Shown here: piece by piece, positions 9,997 to 20,625 of the stretch
Position numbering within the stretch: position 1 is the stretch's first letter
How the letters are laid out: each line of letters opens with the position of its first letter
Source of the DNA: Hormiphora californensis
Lineage: Eukaryota > Animalia > Ctenophora
DNA length: 64,000 nt
Direction: 5' to 3'
Assembly (NCBI GenBank): GCA_020137815.1
Contig: CM035352.1
Coordinates: 3,782,001-3,846,000, forward strand
Notes under the pieces: model-generated
The model's database searches: none
What the model was told of the DNA's origin: nothing
What the model saw: the letters and a program-made list of their open reading frames with translations, nothing else
Translations under genes and position numbers: made by a program

Positions 9997-10216
9997 ATTT
10001 CAAAGTTTATCTGGTAGGAAATGTCAAGGCCTAACCCCAACCCAAACCCTAACCCTAACCCTGCTTTAGCCCTAACCCTAAAAAACGTATTTCAGCGCTC
10101 ACGAAACATGGTGTTTGATGTTTCAAACACCCAGATTTTAACGCTGGCCTTGGCATAGCCATACGCTGCACTCTGCAGGCCCCTTTACATGAGGGGGCTG
10201 CAGCACATTCCAAACG
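9997..10216 (+). repeat. Dispersed repeat containing degenerate (TAACCC)n; inverted relative at 19725-20140
   Basis: aaagtttatctggtaggaaatgtcaaggcctaacccc and ggggctgcagcacattccaaacg both recur reverse-complemented at about 19790-19820 and 19980-20005. Confidence 0.7.
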
Positions 10217-10404
10217 CTAGCCTTTTTTTTAAATCACTTTTTTTAACACCACGTTCCCTAAAAGAAAGAAAAAAGACATTTTTAAATTCTGGATAGGGAT
10301 CCCTAAAAAAGTTCAGTATTTCAAACTTTTCAACACTACTTTAAACAAATTAATTTGAGGCGCGCGCCCGTGCGTTTTCGAATATCCCTCTGTAGGCTCT
10401 AGCC

Positions 10405-11811
10405 ATGCCAGATATGACAAATATGGCTACACCTACTGATGACAAAAGTGATGGCAATGCCCTTGCCGTTGGAAATCTTGTAAACGCAGCAGATCCTCTT
10501 ACCAAAAAGATCCTGTCTGCCTACCGCCATGATGTGGATTACACCAAGAATCTAGACATCATCCGCACATTCAACTGTGCTCACCTGGAAGCCGCTGCAT
10601 CATTTTTCGGTGCATCCCCCGGCTCACATGCAGATAAAACTAAGCGGTACCAGAACCGCACTACACTAGCTGACTACATCATCATTCAGCTGGAAAGTCA
10701 TTTTCCTTGTGACTGTGAGGGCTGTGGCGAAGGGTATGCAGTTAAACCAGGTGAATCTCCTCGTGTCCGCTGTTTTCTTTGCCAGCAGGGGTCTCATGAT
10801 TGCGAGGCTATGGATGGCACCCTTGGGTCATTGACGGGGTCGGTCTGGTTGTGTCTGCCGTGCAAGGACAAAAACAACAAAATTGAAACCTTCATGTGCA
10901 ACCGAAGTGCTGAAGATCCAGAATCAGTGTTATCTGATGAGGAATACGAGTTCAAAATCAGTCCAAAGGCAGGCCGTAGCGGTAAGAAGAAGAGGAAGAA
11001 GAAACAAGCTCCTGTCAAGAAAGATCCTGATGATCTGGTAACTCCTGTTGGTGGAGTGACAGTTCTAAAAGATGTGGATCTTGGAGACATATCTTCTGAT
11101 GGAGAGGTGAAACCCCAAGGTGTTCCTAAATTCAGCAATGTTTGTGAACGTTATCTACTGAGAGACTGTCCCCATGGCCCAAATGGTGACAAGTTGATCA
11201 GTGGTAAGCGTTGCAGCAAGGAACATCCCAAGAGATGCCTCCGTTATTGTCAGTTCGGAACGGCAACTCGTTCTGGGTGTAACTATGGTGACCAGTGCCA
11301 GGATTTTCACCCACCTCTCTGCCATAAGTCTGAGATCTCCCGAGTCTGTACCGACAAAGAATGTAAAGACACACATTTAAAGAACACTCGGAGAAGTGAA
11401 GTAGCCCCTACCAAGGGTAATTCATTGAAGACTGCTGGTAACAAAACCAGTGGTGTCCCTCAGAAAGTGGAGCAGAAAGAGACCCCTCGCTCAGCTCCTC
11501 CAAACCCAAAGAAGAAGAAGAAGAAGAAGATTAACAAAACTGAGACCGATCCCTGTGCCGCGACCAATGACATCCGTTCACAAGAGGATTTTCTCATGGC
11601 ATTGATGGCCTCAGTGAGGGACGAGATTCTTCGAGAAGTAAAGACGTCACTGAACTCATCTCTACAGTCCTTCAGGGAAGAGATGACGAGGGAACACACA
11701 CCCCGGCCCAAACATCTGACACTCACACAACCAGGCCTGAACACCCCGACCAACTACCAAGGGGTTCTGGAACGGTTTCGGAATTACTCCTCATCAACGC
11801 CCGCAGTTTAA
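10405..11811 (+). CDS. LINE ORF1 protein (PHD-like finger, three CCCH-type fingers, basic tracts)
   Basis: CFLCQQGSHDCE...WLCLPC; CERY...C...CSKEH, CLRY...C...CQDFH, CHKS...C...CKDTH; poly-K stretches; lies upstream of APE-RT. Confidence 0.85.
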   Translation: MPDMTNMATPTDDKSDGNALAVGNLVNAADPLTKKILSAYRHDVDYTKNLDIIRTFNCAHLEAAASFFGASPGSHADKTKRYQNRTTLADYIIIQLESHFPCDCEGCGEGYAVKPGESPRVRCFLCQQGSHDCEAMDGTLGSLTGSVWLCLPCKDKNNKIETFMCNRSAEDPESVLSDEEYEFKISPKAGRSGKKKRKKKQAPVKKDPDDLVTPVGGVTVLKDVDLGDISSDGEVKPQGVPKFSNVCERYLLRDCPHGPNGDKLISGKRCSKEHPKRCLRYCQFGTATRSGCNYGDQCQDFHPPLCHKSEISRVCTDKECKDTHLKNTRRSEVAPTKGNSLKTAGNKTSGVPQKVEQKETPRSAPPNPKKKKKKKINKTETDPCAATNDIRSQEDFLMALMASVRDEILREVKTSLNSSLQSFREEMTREHTPRPKHLTLTQPGLNTPTNYQGVLERFRNYSSSTPAV

Positions 11812-14714
11812 CGCCTTCCGCGGCTAGTGACTGTCGGTGGAAGTTTTCTTTTATCAAGGACTCACTGGAGAATCCGTCAATACCCATCCTTTGCACCGGT
11901 ATTACGGAGACCTGGTGGCATGATGATTTCTCTGATGCCCAATTGGAGATTGAAGGCTTTCACCTAACTCGTTGTGACAGAGCGGGTAGAAGAGGTGGCG
12001 GTTGTGCACTCTACATTAACAATCAACTGACCCCTTCCTCTGAGTTCAGATTCTCAGACACGTCCAATAGTGCGGCTGCTGTATACATCAAGGAGACCCA
12101 CTCGGTTTTCTGTGTTGTGTACAGGGCGCCATCTTCCCCTGCGAATGATCTTTTTGATGATCTATCCCGTTTCATTGATCAGTGCGAACTCGACAAGGGT
12201 TGTCCTGACATCTATGTCATGGGCGACTTCAATATGCCAGACATAGACTGGGGGACACTCACTGGAGGACCTAGCTCACAGATGCTACTAAAATTTGTGA
12301 ACTCATATTTTCTCACTCAGCTTGTTGACTCTCCAACACGGGGCTTGAATATTCTAGACCTCGTTCTCACCAACCGGCCAGACTATGTCTTCAAAACTGA
12401 GGTATCGGAGTCGTGTATTTCTGACCATAATATGATCAGCTCTACACTTGGGTTTGGTATCTTACCCACTCGTCAATCAGACCATCGATTCACGGACTTT
12501 GATATTTACAACTTTCACGAGGCTAACTTCCCTGAAATGTGTAGGGAGTTGGACCAGATCGACTGGCTAGCACTCGCCGACATCTGCGATGACGGTGATG
12601 GTTCTGATTTCGTTCAACTTTTCACCCTGACTGTTCTACAGGTCTTATCTCACCACTCTCGTAAGAAGAAGGCCCGTAAAAAAAGAAGGGACCCTATTCT
12701 CAGGAAATTGAAAGTGAAACAGCGGAGTTTGAATAAACGGATTACTCTTGCCCGGCAGAATAAACCTCACCTTTTGCCACAGCTAGAGGTTGGTGTTTCC
12801 AGAATTACTTGGGCCATCTTGTGTCACATTTCTCAGCGACTTGATTCTGATGAAAACGAGGCGTTGATAAAACTCAAAGCTAACCCAAAATTCTTCTGGT
12901 CATACGCCAACCGAAAGAGGAAGACCCGGTCACGTATACCTCCTTTACAGAAAAGTGATGGGTCACTTACGGACGTTCCCGAGATGAAGGCAGAACTATT
13001 TCAATCACAATTTACCTCTGTTTTCAGCACTCCTTCAAACTCCCCTTCAGCAGCTGCAGACAACATTACTCCTTCTACATGCAGCCTTTCAGACATCGTT
13101 TTCTCCACCGCTGATATTGAAAAGGCACTACATGACCTCAATCCCTATTCAGCCGGCCCTCCAGGAGATGTACCTGCCAGAATTTTACGTGACTGCCGAT
13201 CATCGCTGTCCTACCCCCTATCCATCTTATGGGCCAAATCGTTTGATTCTGGTATAGTACCACCCTGTCTGAAACTTCAGTACATTGCACCCCTCTACAA
13301 AAAGGGTCCTAAAATGAAAGCTGAAAATTACCGCCCGATCTCCCTCACCAGCCACATTGCCAAGACATTTGAACGGGTTGTAAGATCTCAAATGGTGTCA
13401 TACTTTGAATCAGAGAACTTGTTTAACGAGTCTCAGCATGGATTTAGAAGCAAGAGGAGCTGCTTATCCCAACTCACTCGGCACATTGACAATATTCTGA
13501 ACAATCTCAACGACCTTCTTGAAGTGGATGTAATCTACTTGGACTTCGAGAAGGCGTTTGATAAAGTTGACATCGGTATACTTCTCGAAAAGCTGCAGAG
13601 ATATGGAGTTAAGGGCAAACTCCTTGAATGGATCCGCAGCTTCCTACTAGACCGGAAACAAACGGTCTTAGTCGACGGCGTAGCGTCTTCTTTTGCAGAA
13701 GTCAGAAGTGGGGTCCCACAAGGGACTGTTCTCGGTCCACTTTTATTTCTGATTTATGTAATTGACCTGGAATCCGTAATCAAACACGGTTCTTCTTTGT
13801 CGTTCGCTGATGACACTAAAATCTTCTCTGCTATCCGTACTATGGTTGACAAATTGAACCTACAGGAGGATCTGAACAGTGTGATAACCTGGGCTGACGC
13901 TAACAATATGTCCTTGCACCAGTCAAAGTTCGAGGTCATGAATTTCACCCTGAATCACACCAGTTCGCTTAGAGAAGTACCGTTCAGTGCTGAGAACTAT
14001 TCCTATCAACTCTCTGATGGGAGGTTCATCGATCCAACAGACACTGTCCGAGACTTAGGTGTTCTACTCTCGAGTGATGGTCAATGGTCGGCCCAAATAT
14101 CTCGAGTTGTTACCACGGCTAGTCGGGTTGCTGGATGGACGTTAAGTGCATTTAGATCCAGAACTCGCCGCACCATGATGACTCTTTACAAGTCACTGGT
14201 GCGTCCCCATCTTGACTACTGTTGCACACTGTGGTCACCTTCCAAAAATGGGGATATCAGTCGTGTTGAGGATATTCAACGATCGTACACCCGTAAGATC
14301 GTTGGTCTCAAGGGGCTGAACTACTGGCAACGTCTTCAAACCCTGGGACTTTTGTCGCTTCAGCGCCGACGAGAGAGGTACACTATGATTCTTGTGTGGA
14401 AAGTGTACAACAATGAGATACCCAACAGTACTGACATGTGTTTCGTCGACAGTCACCGCTCTGGCCCTAGAGCTGTCGTCCCTCGATACTCGTACGAGGC
14501 TCAACGATCTATCTTGTCGCTATATGAACAATCATTTGCGGTACTGGGGACAAGGTTGTGGAACACTTTGCCTCGATCTGTAAAGGAGGCCCCAACTCTT
14601 TATCAGTTCAAATCTCAGCTAGGTAGTTTCCTCTCTACCATTCCGGATACACCCCCCATCAGCGGTTATCCTGCTCAAGCAAACAGCAACTCAATACTAG
14701 AGTGGTGTCCATGA
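11571..14714 (+). CDS. LINE ORF2: apurinic endonuclease plus reverse transcriptase (open frame begins upstream of the ORF-track start)
   Basis: Frame is open from the TGA at 11568-11570; LLINARSL, ITETW, MGDFN, LDL and SDH endonuclease motifs; NYRPISLTS, QHGF, YLDFEKAFDKV, GVPQGTVLGP and FADD RT motifs. Confidence 0.93.
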   Translation, partial: HPFTRGFSHGIDGLSEGRDSSRSKDVTELISTVLQGRDDEGTHTPAQTSDTHTTRPEHPDQLPRGSGTVSELLLINARSLTPSAASDCRWKFSFIKDSLENPSIPILCTGITETWWHDDFSDAQLEIEGFHLTRCDRAGRRGGGCALYINNQLTPSSEFRFSDTSNSAAAVYIKETHSVFCVVYRAPSSPANDLFDDLSRFIDQCELDKGCPDIYVMGDFNMPDIDWGTLTGGPSSQMLLKFVNSYFLTQLVDSPTRGLNILDLVLTNRPDYVFKTEVSESCISDHNMISSTLGFGILPTRQSDHRFTDFDIYNFHEANFPEMCRELDQIDWLALADICDDGDGSDFVQLFTLTVLQVLSHHSRKKKARKKRRDPILRKLKVKQRSLNKRITLARQNKPHLLPQLEVGVSRITWAILCHISQRLDSDENEALIKLKANPKFFWSYANRKRKTRSRIPPLQKSDGSLTDVPEMKAELFQSQFTSVFSTPSNSPSAAADNITPSTCSLSDIVFSTADIEKALHDLNPYSAGPPGDVPARILRDCRSSLSYPLSILWAKSFDSGIVPPCLKLQYIAPLYKKGPKMKAENYRPISLTSHIAKTFERVVRSQMVSYFESENLFNESQHGFRSKRSCLSQLTRHIDNILNNLNDLLEVDVIYLDFEKAFDKVDIGILLEKLQRYGVKGKLLEWIRSFLLDRKQTVLVDGVASSFAEVRSGVPQGTVLGPLLFLIYVIDLESVIKHGSSLSFADDTKIFSAIRTMVDKLNLQEDLNSVITWADANNMSLHQSKFEVMNFTLNHTSSLREVPFSAENYSYQLSDGRFIDPTDTVRDLGVLLSSDGQWSAQISRVVTTASRVAGWTLSAFRSRTRRTMMTLYKSLVRPHLDYCCTLWSPSKNGDISRVEDIQRSYTRKIVGLKGLNYWQRLQTLGLLSLQRRRERYTMILVWKVYNNEIPNSTDMCFVDSHRSGPRAVVPRYSYEAQRSILSLYEQSFAVLGTRLWNTLPRSVKEAPTLYQFKSQLGSFLSTIPDTPPISGYPAQANSNSILEWCP

Positions 14715-14774
14715 TGCGTGTTAGTGTGTTATGTGTCGCTGTGCTGTGAGTGTACTGAGTATTGACTCTTTTTA

Positions 14775-15185
14775 GGATTCTTATTATTTATTCAATCTGA
14801 TTCAATACATATAACAATAACAATTGTATACATATCGACACTCCTTTTAGCGAGTAATTAAACGGTTGTCCAATAAAAGTCCATGTTATGCTGATGCCGA
14901 TTCAAAAGTCCAAGAGATAATTATATTAATTTTAGATTAGGTACTGTAATAATAAATAGTAAGTTGATAGATAGATAGTTAAGTAAATAAGGGTAGATAC
15001 TTAGATGATTAACTAGGGGATAACTAGGGGTAGGGAAGATGTAGAACAGCTAAATATAACATAATATAATAAGTTAGTATAGTCGCTGAGTCAAATTAAG
15101 CTGTACAGTTAAAAAAGATTTTAAAATAAATAGAAAAATAGAAATTACCCTCACATACATGCTCATACCCAAAGTATACAGTACA

Positions 15186-15230
<45 letters not shown>

Positions 15231-16560
15231 AAAAAACACACTCACACAAACAAGCATGTCCGTAAAAAACACAGACACAGGAATAGTAATAAGTTAAGAT
15301 AGGATATTATTATAAGTAGTATTAATGATTTAAATAGGCAGTGAAGTGTGCTTGGCCAGCGGGTTGAAAAACTATGTTATTTTAATTGGTAGATAGGCTA
15401 ATTAAGTAATAAGGTGAGGTTAAGTTTAATTGGTAAGGAGCTCATCATTAAAAGTGGAGTTTTCTGTGACCTCATAAACAAGCTTTCTAAACTTATGCTT
15501 AAGGTTTCTATCTCTAGAAAAGATAAGTGCTAGGTGGAAGTTGCCAGTGCAAACCGAGACCACACGACACTGGTCCCTAAGAGCCGATACCGCCCCGACA
15601 GCTGGACATTGGAAGAGCTTGTGGAAGGGTGAGTCGTGGTGCATGCCGCATTCAAGGCAGTAAGGTTCCTCTACGTTCCTGTCAATTCGTTGATAGCTGC
15701 CGACAAAGTTTTGAAATCTTAAGCTATGCCCGTGGATGTAGTCCATAGTCAACGAAGAGTGCCTTCTGTCCATACTCCTATTGGTAAGAGGGGCTATCGA
15801 AACCGCTTCAGTATCCACAATAGATCGTAGCTCTTCAACCGTCGTAGTAGGAGAGTCGTCAGCAGAGATGTTCGTGATGTTAGCCTTGACGTGATCGTCC
15901 CACAATTTGTGCGTGAACATGTCCATAGTGTCCCGGGAATAGAGAAACTCTTCCGACTCATATGACAGTAGATCGCATGATCGAACAAATGATCGTCTCC
16001 GTCCCGTTTGAGATTCAGCTCCCTGTGCAGTGTTCCACTGGAGATACCTTTTAGTTTCCACAATATGTCCGTAGAATGGGTGGCTTGGCTCATGCTCAAT
16101 TTGGAGCAATTTAGCAGTCATGGTGTCTCCTGCTGTAAGACCTTTCAGGACAAACTTCGTTGTGAGTACTGTCAAAACAATCGGTAGAGGTGGTATACCA
16201 ATAAGAAGGTCAGCTAGTGTTTTCGAGATGTGAAATTGGCTTCCAATAATCTTCAGTTTAGCCCGTGCAATTAGATCGTTAAAACTGTCCAATCTGTTAC
16301 GAAGCCATAGAGGTGCTCCGTATAGAAGTTTGGTAAGGATCACCATTCGGAACAGGAGTGAGAGGCCGTTGTTGTTTATTCCAGCTAACCTGGTAGTCCC
16401 ACCCGACAGCTTACTCCAGGAATTCCAGCACTTCTGCAAAGTGTAGGCAGCATGCTTTTTGAAGCTCAGGTCTGTGTCGAGAATGATTCCCAGCACCTTG
16501 CTGGAGTCCGTGTAGAGAATTTCTCTGGGTCCAAGGTACATAGCTTGTGGGGTAGATGAT
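14775..16560 (-). mobile_element. 5'-truncated LINE (I/R1-like RT C-terminus with CCHC knuckle, ORF 15426-16541) plus AT-rich 3' region
   Basis: KVLGIILDTDLSFKKH, KLLYGAPLW, LLIGIPPL, CLECGMHHDSPFHKLFQC; catalytic RT core absent; boundaries approximate. Confidence 0.82.
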
Positions 16561-16658
16561 AATTCTTGGTTCCTTGGGTGGATCTTTTTAGGAGGTTTAT
16601 CTTTTTAAATATCCTGTGTGTTACGCAAATTTATGAATTTGAATTTGAATTTGATTTA

Positions 16659-17473
16659 CACAGAGTTTACACTTGGCATACGTTGCAGGCCCCTTATAAT
16701 ATAATATAAGGGGCCTGGAGGGAATACCGCGCTAGGGGGGAATACATAATCAATCATATCTCCGGTTCCAGATAAGGTACAGAAATCGTTTTGGTAGCGT
16801 TGGAAAGAGGAAGATAACAGCTTTCAAATGCAACCGGTTTCAGGTCTCTATTTTATCAGGAACAGGAGATATGAACCAAACTCCGCAAAATCGAGTGCGG
16901 TAAAATCAAAATTTGAATGAAATTTTAAAAAAGGTGTCCCTGCAAGAATCTGTGACGTCACTTTTTGAAAACAACCCATCTTTCAACGGCTATTGCTCAG
17001 CCTCCTTAAGTCCAATTAACTTCTCTCAAAAACAGCAAGGTAGATAATCGTCAGATCTAACAACTGGTGAAAGAATCAAGTCAAACGGACTTCAGGAGCC
17101 AAAGTTATAAGCACCGCCGTTTTTTCGACCGCAAAGTTATCTTCGACCCAGCCGGGATCAGGCCAAACGCGCGCGCGGCATTCCCTCCAGTCCCCTCGTT
17201 GCGGGGGTGCGCGCATGAGGGGGCTGCAGCGCATTCCAAAGTTTACACAGTCTTTACTCAGTCGTTACACCCAGAGCGCCCGCGCCGCTCTGGGTGTAAC
17301 GACTGCGTCTTTCGCACTCGATTTGCAGCGTTTTCGGAAACTTTTTTCGCCGCAGCGCTCAATTTTGTCAATTGTGCAGCACACAATCCAATATTTTCTT
17401 GGAAAAAAGCCACTGTGCGCAGCACGCGCCGCTCTGGGTGTAACGACTGAGTAAAGACTGTGTAAACTCTGTG
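16659..17473. mobile_element. Non-autonomous TIR element flanked by TA
   Basis: ta|cacagagtttacac ... gtgtaaactctgtg|ta; internal inverted repeat at about 17241-17278 / 17430-17467. Confidence 0.7.
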
Positions 17474-17647
17474 TAAATACTGAACTTTTTTAGGGATCCC
17501 TATCTGCCAGATGAGCTGGATGGTGCAGTGCAGAGCTTAAAGGTGCGCGCATATTTCGTTCCTTTTAACGTAACGCGCGAAAAGTTTTTATTTGACTCTG
17601 CAAACAACTTTACACATGACATGAAAAACGCGACCTGAGAATCTGAG

Positions 17648-18146
17648 AAGGAACCATAATTGAAAAGCGCTGCCTTATCCCGCGCTGCTGGGGGCCAGCA
17701 ACGTTTGCCAAGAACCATAATAAAGTTCAAGAGCCTCCAAGAGCGCCCAAGAGCGCACTCCATCCATGATCCAAGAGAGACCAAAATCAAGAGCGCACCA
17801 CAATCAAGGGAGGCCAAAATCAAGAGCGCACCACAATCAAGAGAGACCAAATCAAGAGCGCACCACAATCAAGAGAGACCAAATCAAGAGCGCACCTCAT
17901 CCAAGGACCAAGAGAGCTCCCTATCCAGAAGATACCAGATGTGGTGCGCTCTTGAATTTGGTCTCTCTTGATTGTGGTGCGCTCTTGATTTGGTCTCTCT
18001 TGATTGTGGTGCGCTCTTGATTCGGTCTCTCTTGATTGTGGTGTGCTCTTGATTTTGGTCTCTCTTGATTGTGGCGTGCTCTTGATTTTGGTCTCTTTTG
18101 ATTGTGGTGCGCTCTTGGAGGCTCTTGAACTTTATTATGGTTCCTT
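17648..18146. mobile_element. Foldback-type element with arms made of 29-30-bp tandem subrepeats
   Basis: gaaccataataaagttcaagagcctccaagagcgc at 17712 is inverted at 18109-18143; (caagagcgcaccacaatcaagagagaccaaat)n on the left, its reverse complement on the right. Confidence 0.85.
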
Positions 18147-18154
18147 AGTGTTTT

Positions 18155-19720
18155 GAGTTTACAAGTTTACAACAAGTTTACAAAATTAGATTCGGCATAC
18201 AATGCATTATAAAGACAAATATACCACGTTCTCAGCATGATGCTTCTACGTACAATGATGTGAATGATGCAGTGACCAACATACACTACCCAGGGGGGAG
18301 CAGTGTAACCAATGAGTTGTCGTTGGGACTCCTGTAGCCCCGAACTGGAGGGTGATCAGGTATACCATCCAGGAACTTGCCGAGAGAAACTTTGAGATCC
18401 TCTAGTGTTTCGCATCTTCGAACTTCTTTCGGCATCCTATTGAAGAGCTTGACTGACCTCACTGAGAATGATCCTTCCCTGATGGTCTCAATTGAATCTT
18501 GGGCCGAAGTGTAAAGGTCCGGGTATTCAGCTAGGAGACCTCGCCGTGGATGAACCTTGAATGACTCGTCCACGGGCCTGGTGGTATGGTTCGGGACGAG
18601 TCCATGATATACTTTCCAGAGATGGATTATCATGAATCGCTCCCGTCGCCGTTGAAGTGACTGGATCCCCAGGAACTTGAGCCTCTCCCAGTAGTCCATC
18701 CCGATGCACTCCTCGATCCGCCGCGTAAAGAATCTCTGGACTCCCTCGAGCTTAGCGATGTTACTAATCGTCGTGGGAGACCAGAGAGCCGAACAGTATT
18801 CTAGCTTTGGCCTGACCAATGCCTTGAAAAGTGTTATCATCGTTCGTTTCGACCGGTTTCTGAACACTCCGAGGGCCCATCCAGCGATCCTCTTGGCCTC
18901 TGTTGCGATGGTTGCGATGTGGAAATCGAACTTTCCATCCTCTGTCAGGTATATCCCAAGGTCTTTTACTCCGAATTCTGCTTCGATGATATCTCCGTTC
19001 GGGTTGAAGTAGAAATAACATTCAGCATTGAAAGGTAGATCTCTCAGTGGCTTCGTGGAGTTTAACCTGTAATTCAGGACCTGAAACTTTTTTTCGTGGA
19101 GAGCCATGTTGTTCTTCTGGCTCCACTCCTCTATCAAGTTCAAGTCTCTCTGGAGGCTGTCCCTATCGTTCAGGTCCCTGATATCTTGACCAATCTTGGT
19201 ATCATCAGCGAAAGTTCCAAGTTTTCCGGTCGTTCCTGATACCAGATCGGTAATGTAGATAATGAACAATAGTGGGCCCAAGACTGATCCTTGAATGACA
19301 CTGCTGATCACCGCCTCCATCCTCGATCTGCATCCTTCCAATACGACAGTCTGCGATCTTCCTGTGAGAAAAGCTTGTATCCACATGAACAGCTTCCCAG
19401 TTACTCCATACCTTTGAAGCTTTTGAAGAAGGACTTGAATATCAACTTTGTCAAAAGCCTTCTCAAAATCTATGTAGGCTACGTCTACTTCTAGTCCACT
19501 GTTCAGACTCTCCAGAATCGTGTCGTAGTGTAACAGTAGCTGTGTGAGACAGCTCCGACCAGCCCGAAAACCATGCTGCTCCTCATTCAGGATTCCACTG
19601 TTCTCCACGTAGTCCGAAAGTTGTGTCCTCACTACTCTCTCAAATGTCTTGACCAGATGCGAAGTTAGTGCAACTGGGCGGTAGTTCTCTGGTTGACATT
19701 TGTTGCCCTTCTTGAAAATT
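18155..19720 (-). mobile_element. 5'-truncated CR1-group LINE (RT domain; ORF 18286-19632, open to about 19720)
   Basis: IFKKGNKCQPENYRPVALTSH, QHGF, YIDFEKAFDKV, QGSVLGP, FADD; (TTGTAAAC)-type tail at 18157-18185. Confidence 0.9.
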
Positions 19721-19724
19721 GTGT

Positions 19725-20140
19725 GTCACGGTTTTCTAGGGTTAGGCTAAATTAGGGTTAGGGTTACGGCTGGGATCTGGGTTGGGGTTAGGACTTGACA
19801 TTTCCTATCAGATAAACTTTGGATTGGCCAAAACAGTTGATTGAATTGGCGGTCGCGGTTAGAGCCGTTTTAGTGCAGGGTACTTTTTTGGCAGCACACA
19901 CCGTTAAACAGGCCTCCAAACATGAAACACCTAAACTTAACTGCGCCCAAAACTGTTCTCTCCCTGTTTTGTCAGTTTTTCGTTTGGAATGCGCTACAGC
20001 CCCTCGTGTGCACACCTCCATAGAGAGGCCTACTGCAGGCTACAGAGTACAGCGCATGCCGAGGGAAACGTTAAAATCCAGGCGTTTTGAGTGTCACTTG
20101 CCAGCACTCACAGTGTTTAGGGTCAGGGCTGCTAGATAAA
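19725..20140 (-). repeat. Dispersed repeat with degenerate TTAGGG tract, relative of 9997-10216
   Basis: ttagggttagggtta at 19752-19766 plus shared flanking blocks. Confidence 0.65.
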
Positions 20141-20413
20141 CTTAAAATTAGCCAAAACGGTTGAGTGGTTTGATGGTTAGAGCCATTTTAGTGAATGGTA
20201 CTTTCTGGCAGCTTGCACCTGTCAATAGTCCTCAAGGAGGGTAGATCGTAACGGCGCCCTATATACAGCAGTATACACTATACAACAGACACCAGATATT
20301 TAACAAGTGGAACTTAAAAACTGCGGCAACTTCACAGTTTTATTCAGTTGTTAAAACAGAAACTAGAGAATTAAAGAGAAACAACGATTTTGCAGTACTA
20401 ATATTCAATTAAG

Positions 20414-20457
20414 AACAGGAGCTTTCGACTGATCTATGTCAGACGTCTTCAGCTATA
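20414..20457 (-). ncRNA. Minimal type I hammerhead ribozyme in the Penelope 3' region
   Basis: Minus strand reads uauag-CUGAAGA-cgucugacauagaucaguc-GAAA-GC-UC-cuguu: conserved core boxes, stem II cuga/ucag, palindromic AGCU helix III, short stem I. Confidence 0.82.
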
Positions 20458-20625
20458 ACAACAATGAAAATGAAAGTGTTTATGTAGTGGAGAAGAGGAT
20501 ATGGGATCCGGGGAGGGGAGGAGAGAGGAAGGGATGAGATCCGAGAAGGAAGATGCGATCCGAGAGGAGGGGATGGGGGAGGTGATCCACGGGAAGGAAG
20601 AAGAGGTGATCCGAGCTGAAGAGAA

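Larger units (their letters stand above)
10370..14750 (+). mobile_element. Apparently full-length non-LTR retrotransposon (CR1/L2 group)
   Basis: ORF1 plus APE-RT ORF2 with no internal stops; boundaries approximate, no TSD identified. Confidence 0.9.

Noticed and set aside
10030-10082. Telomere or chromosome-fusion relic (TAACCC/TTAGGG; also 19737-19792 and about 57388-57412)
   Set aside because: Short, degenerate and embedded in dispersed repeat families rather than a true telomeric array
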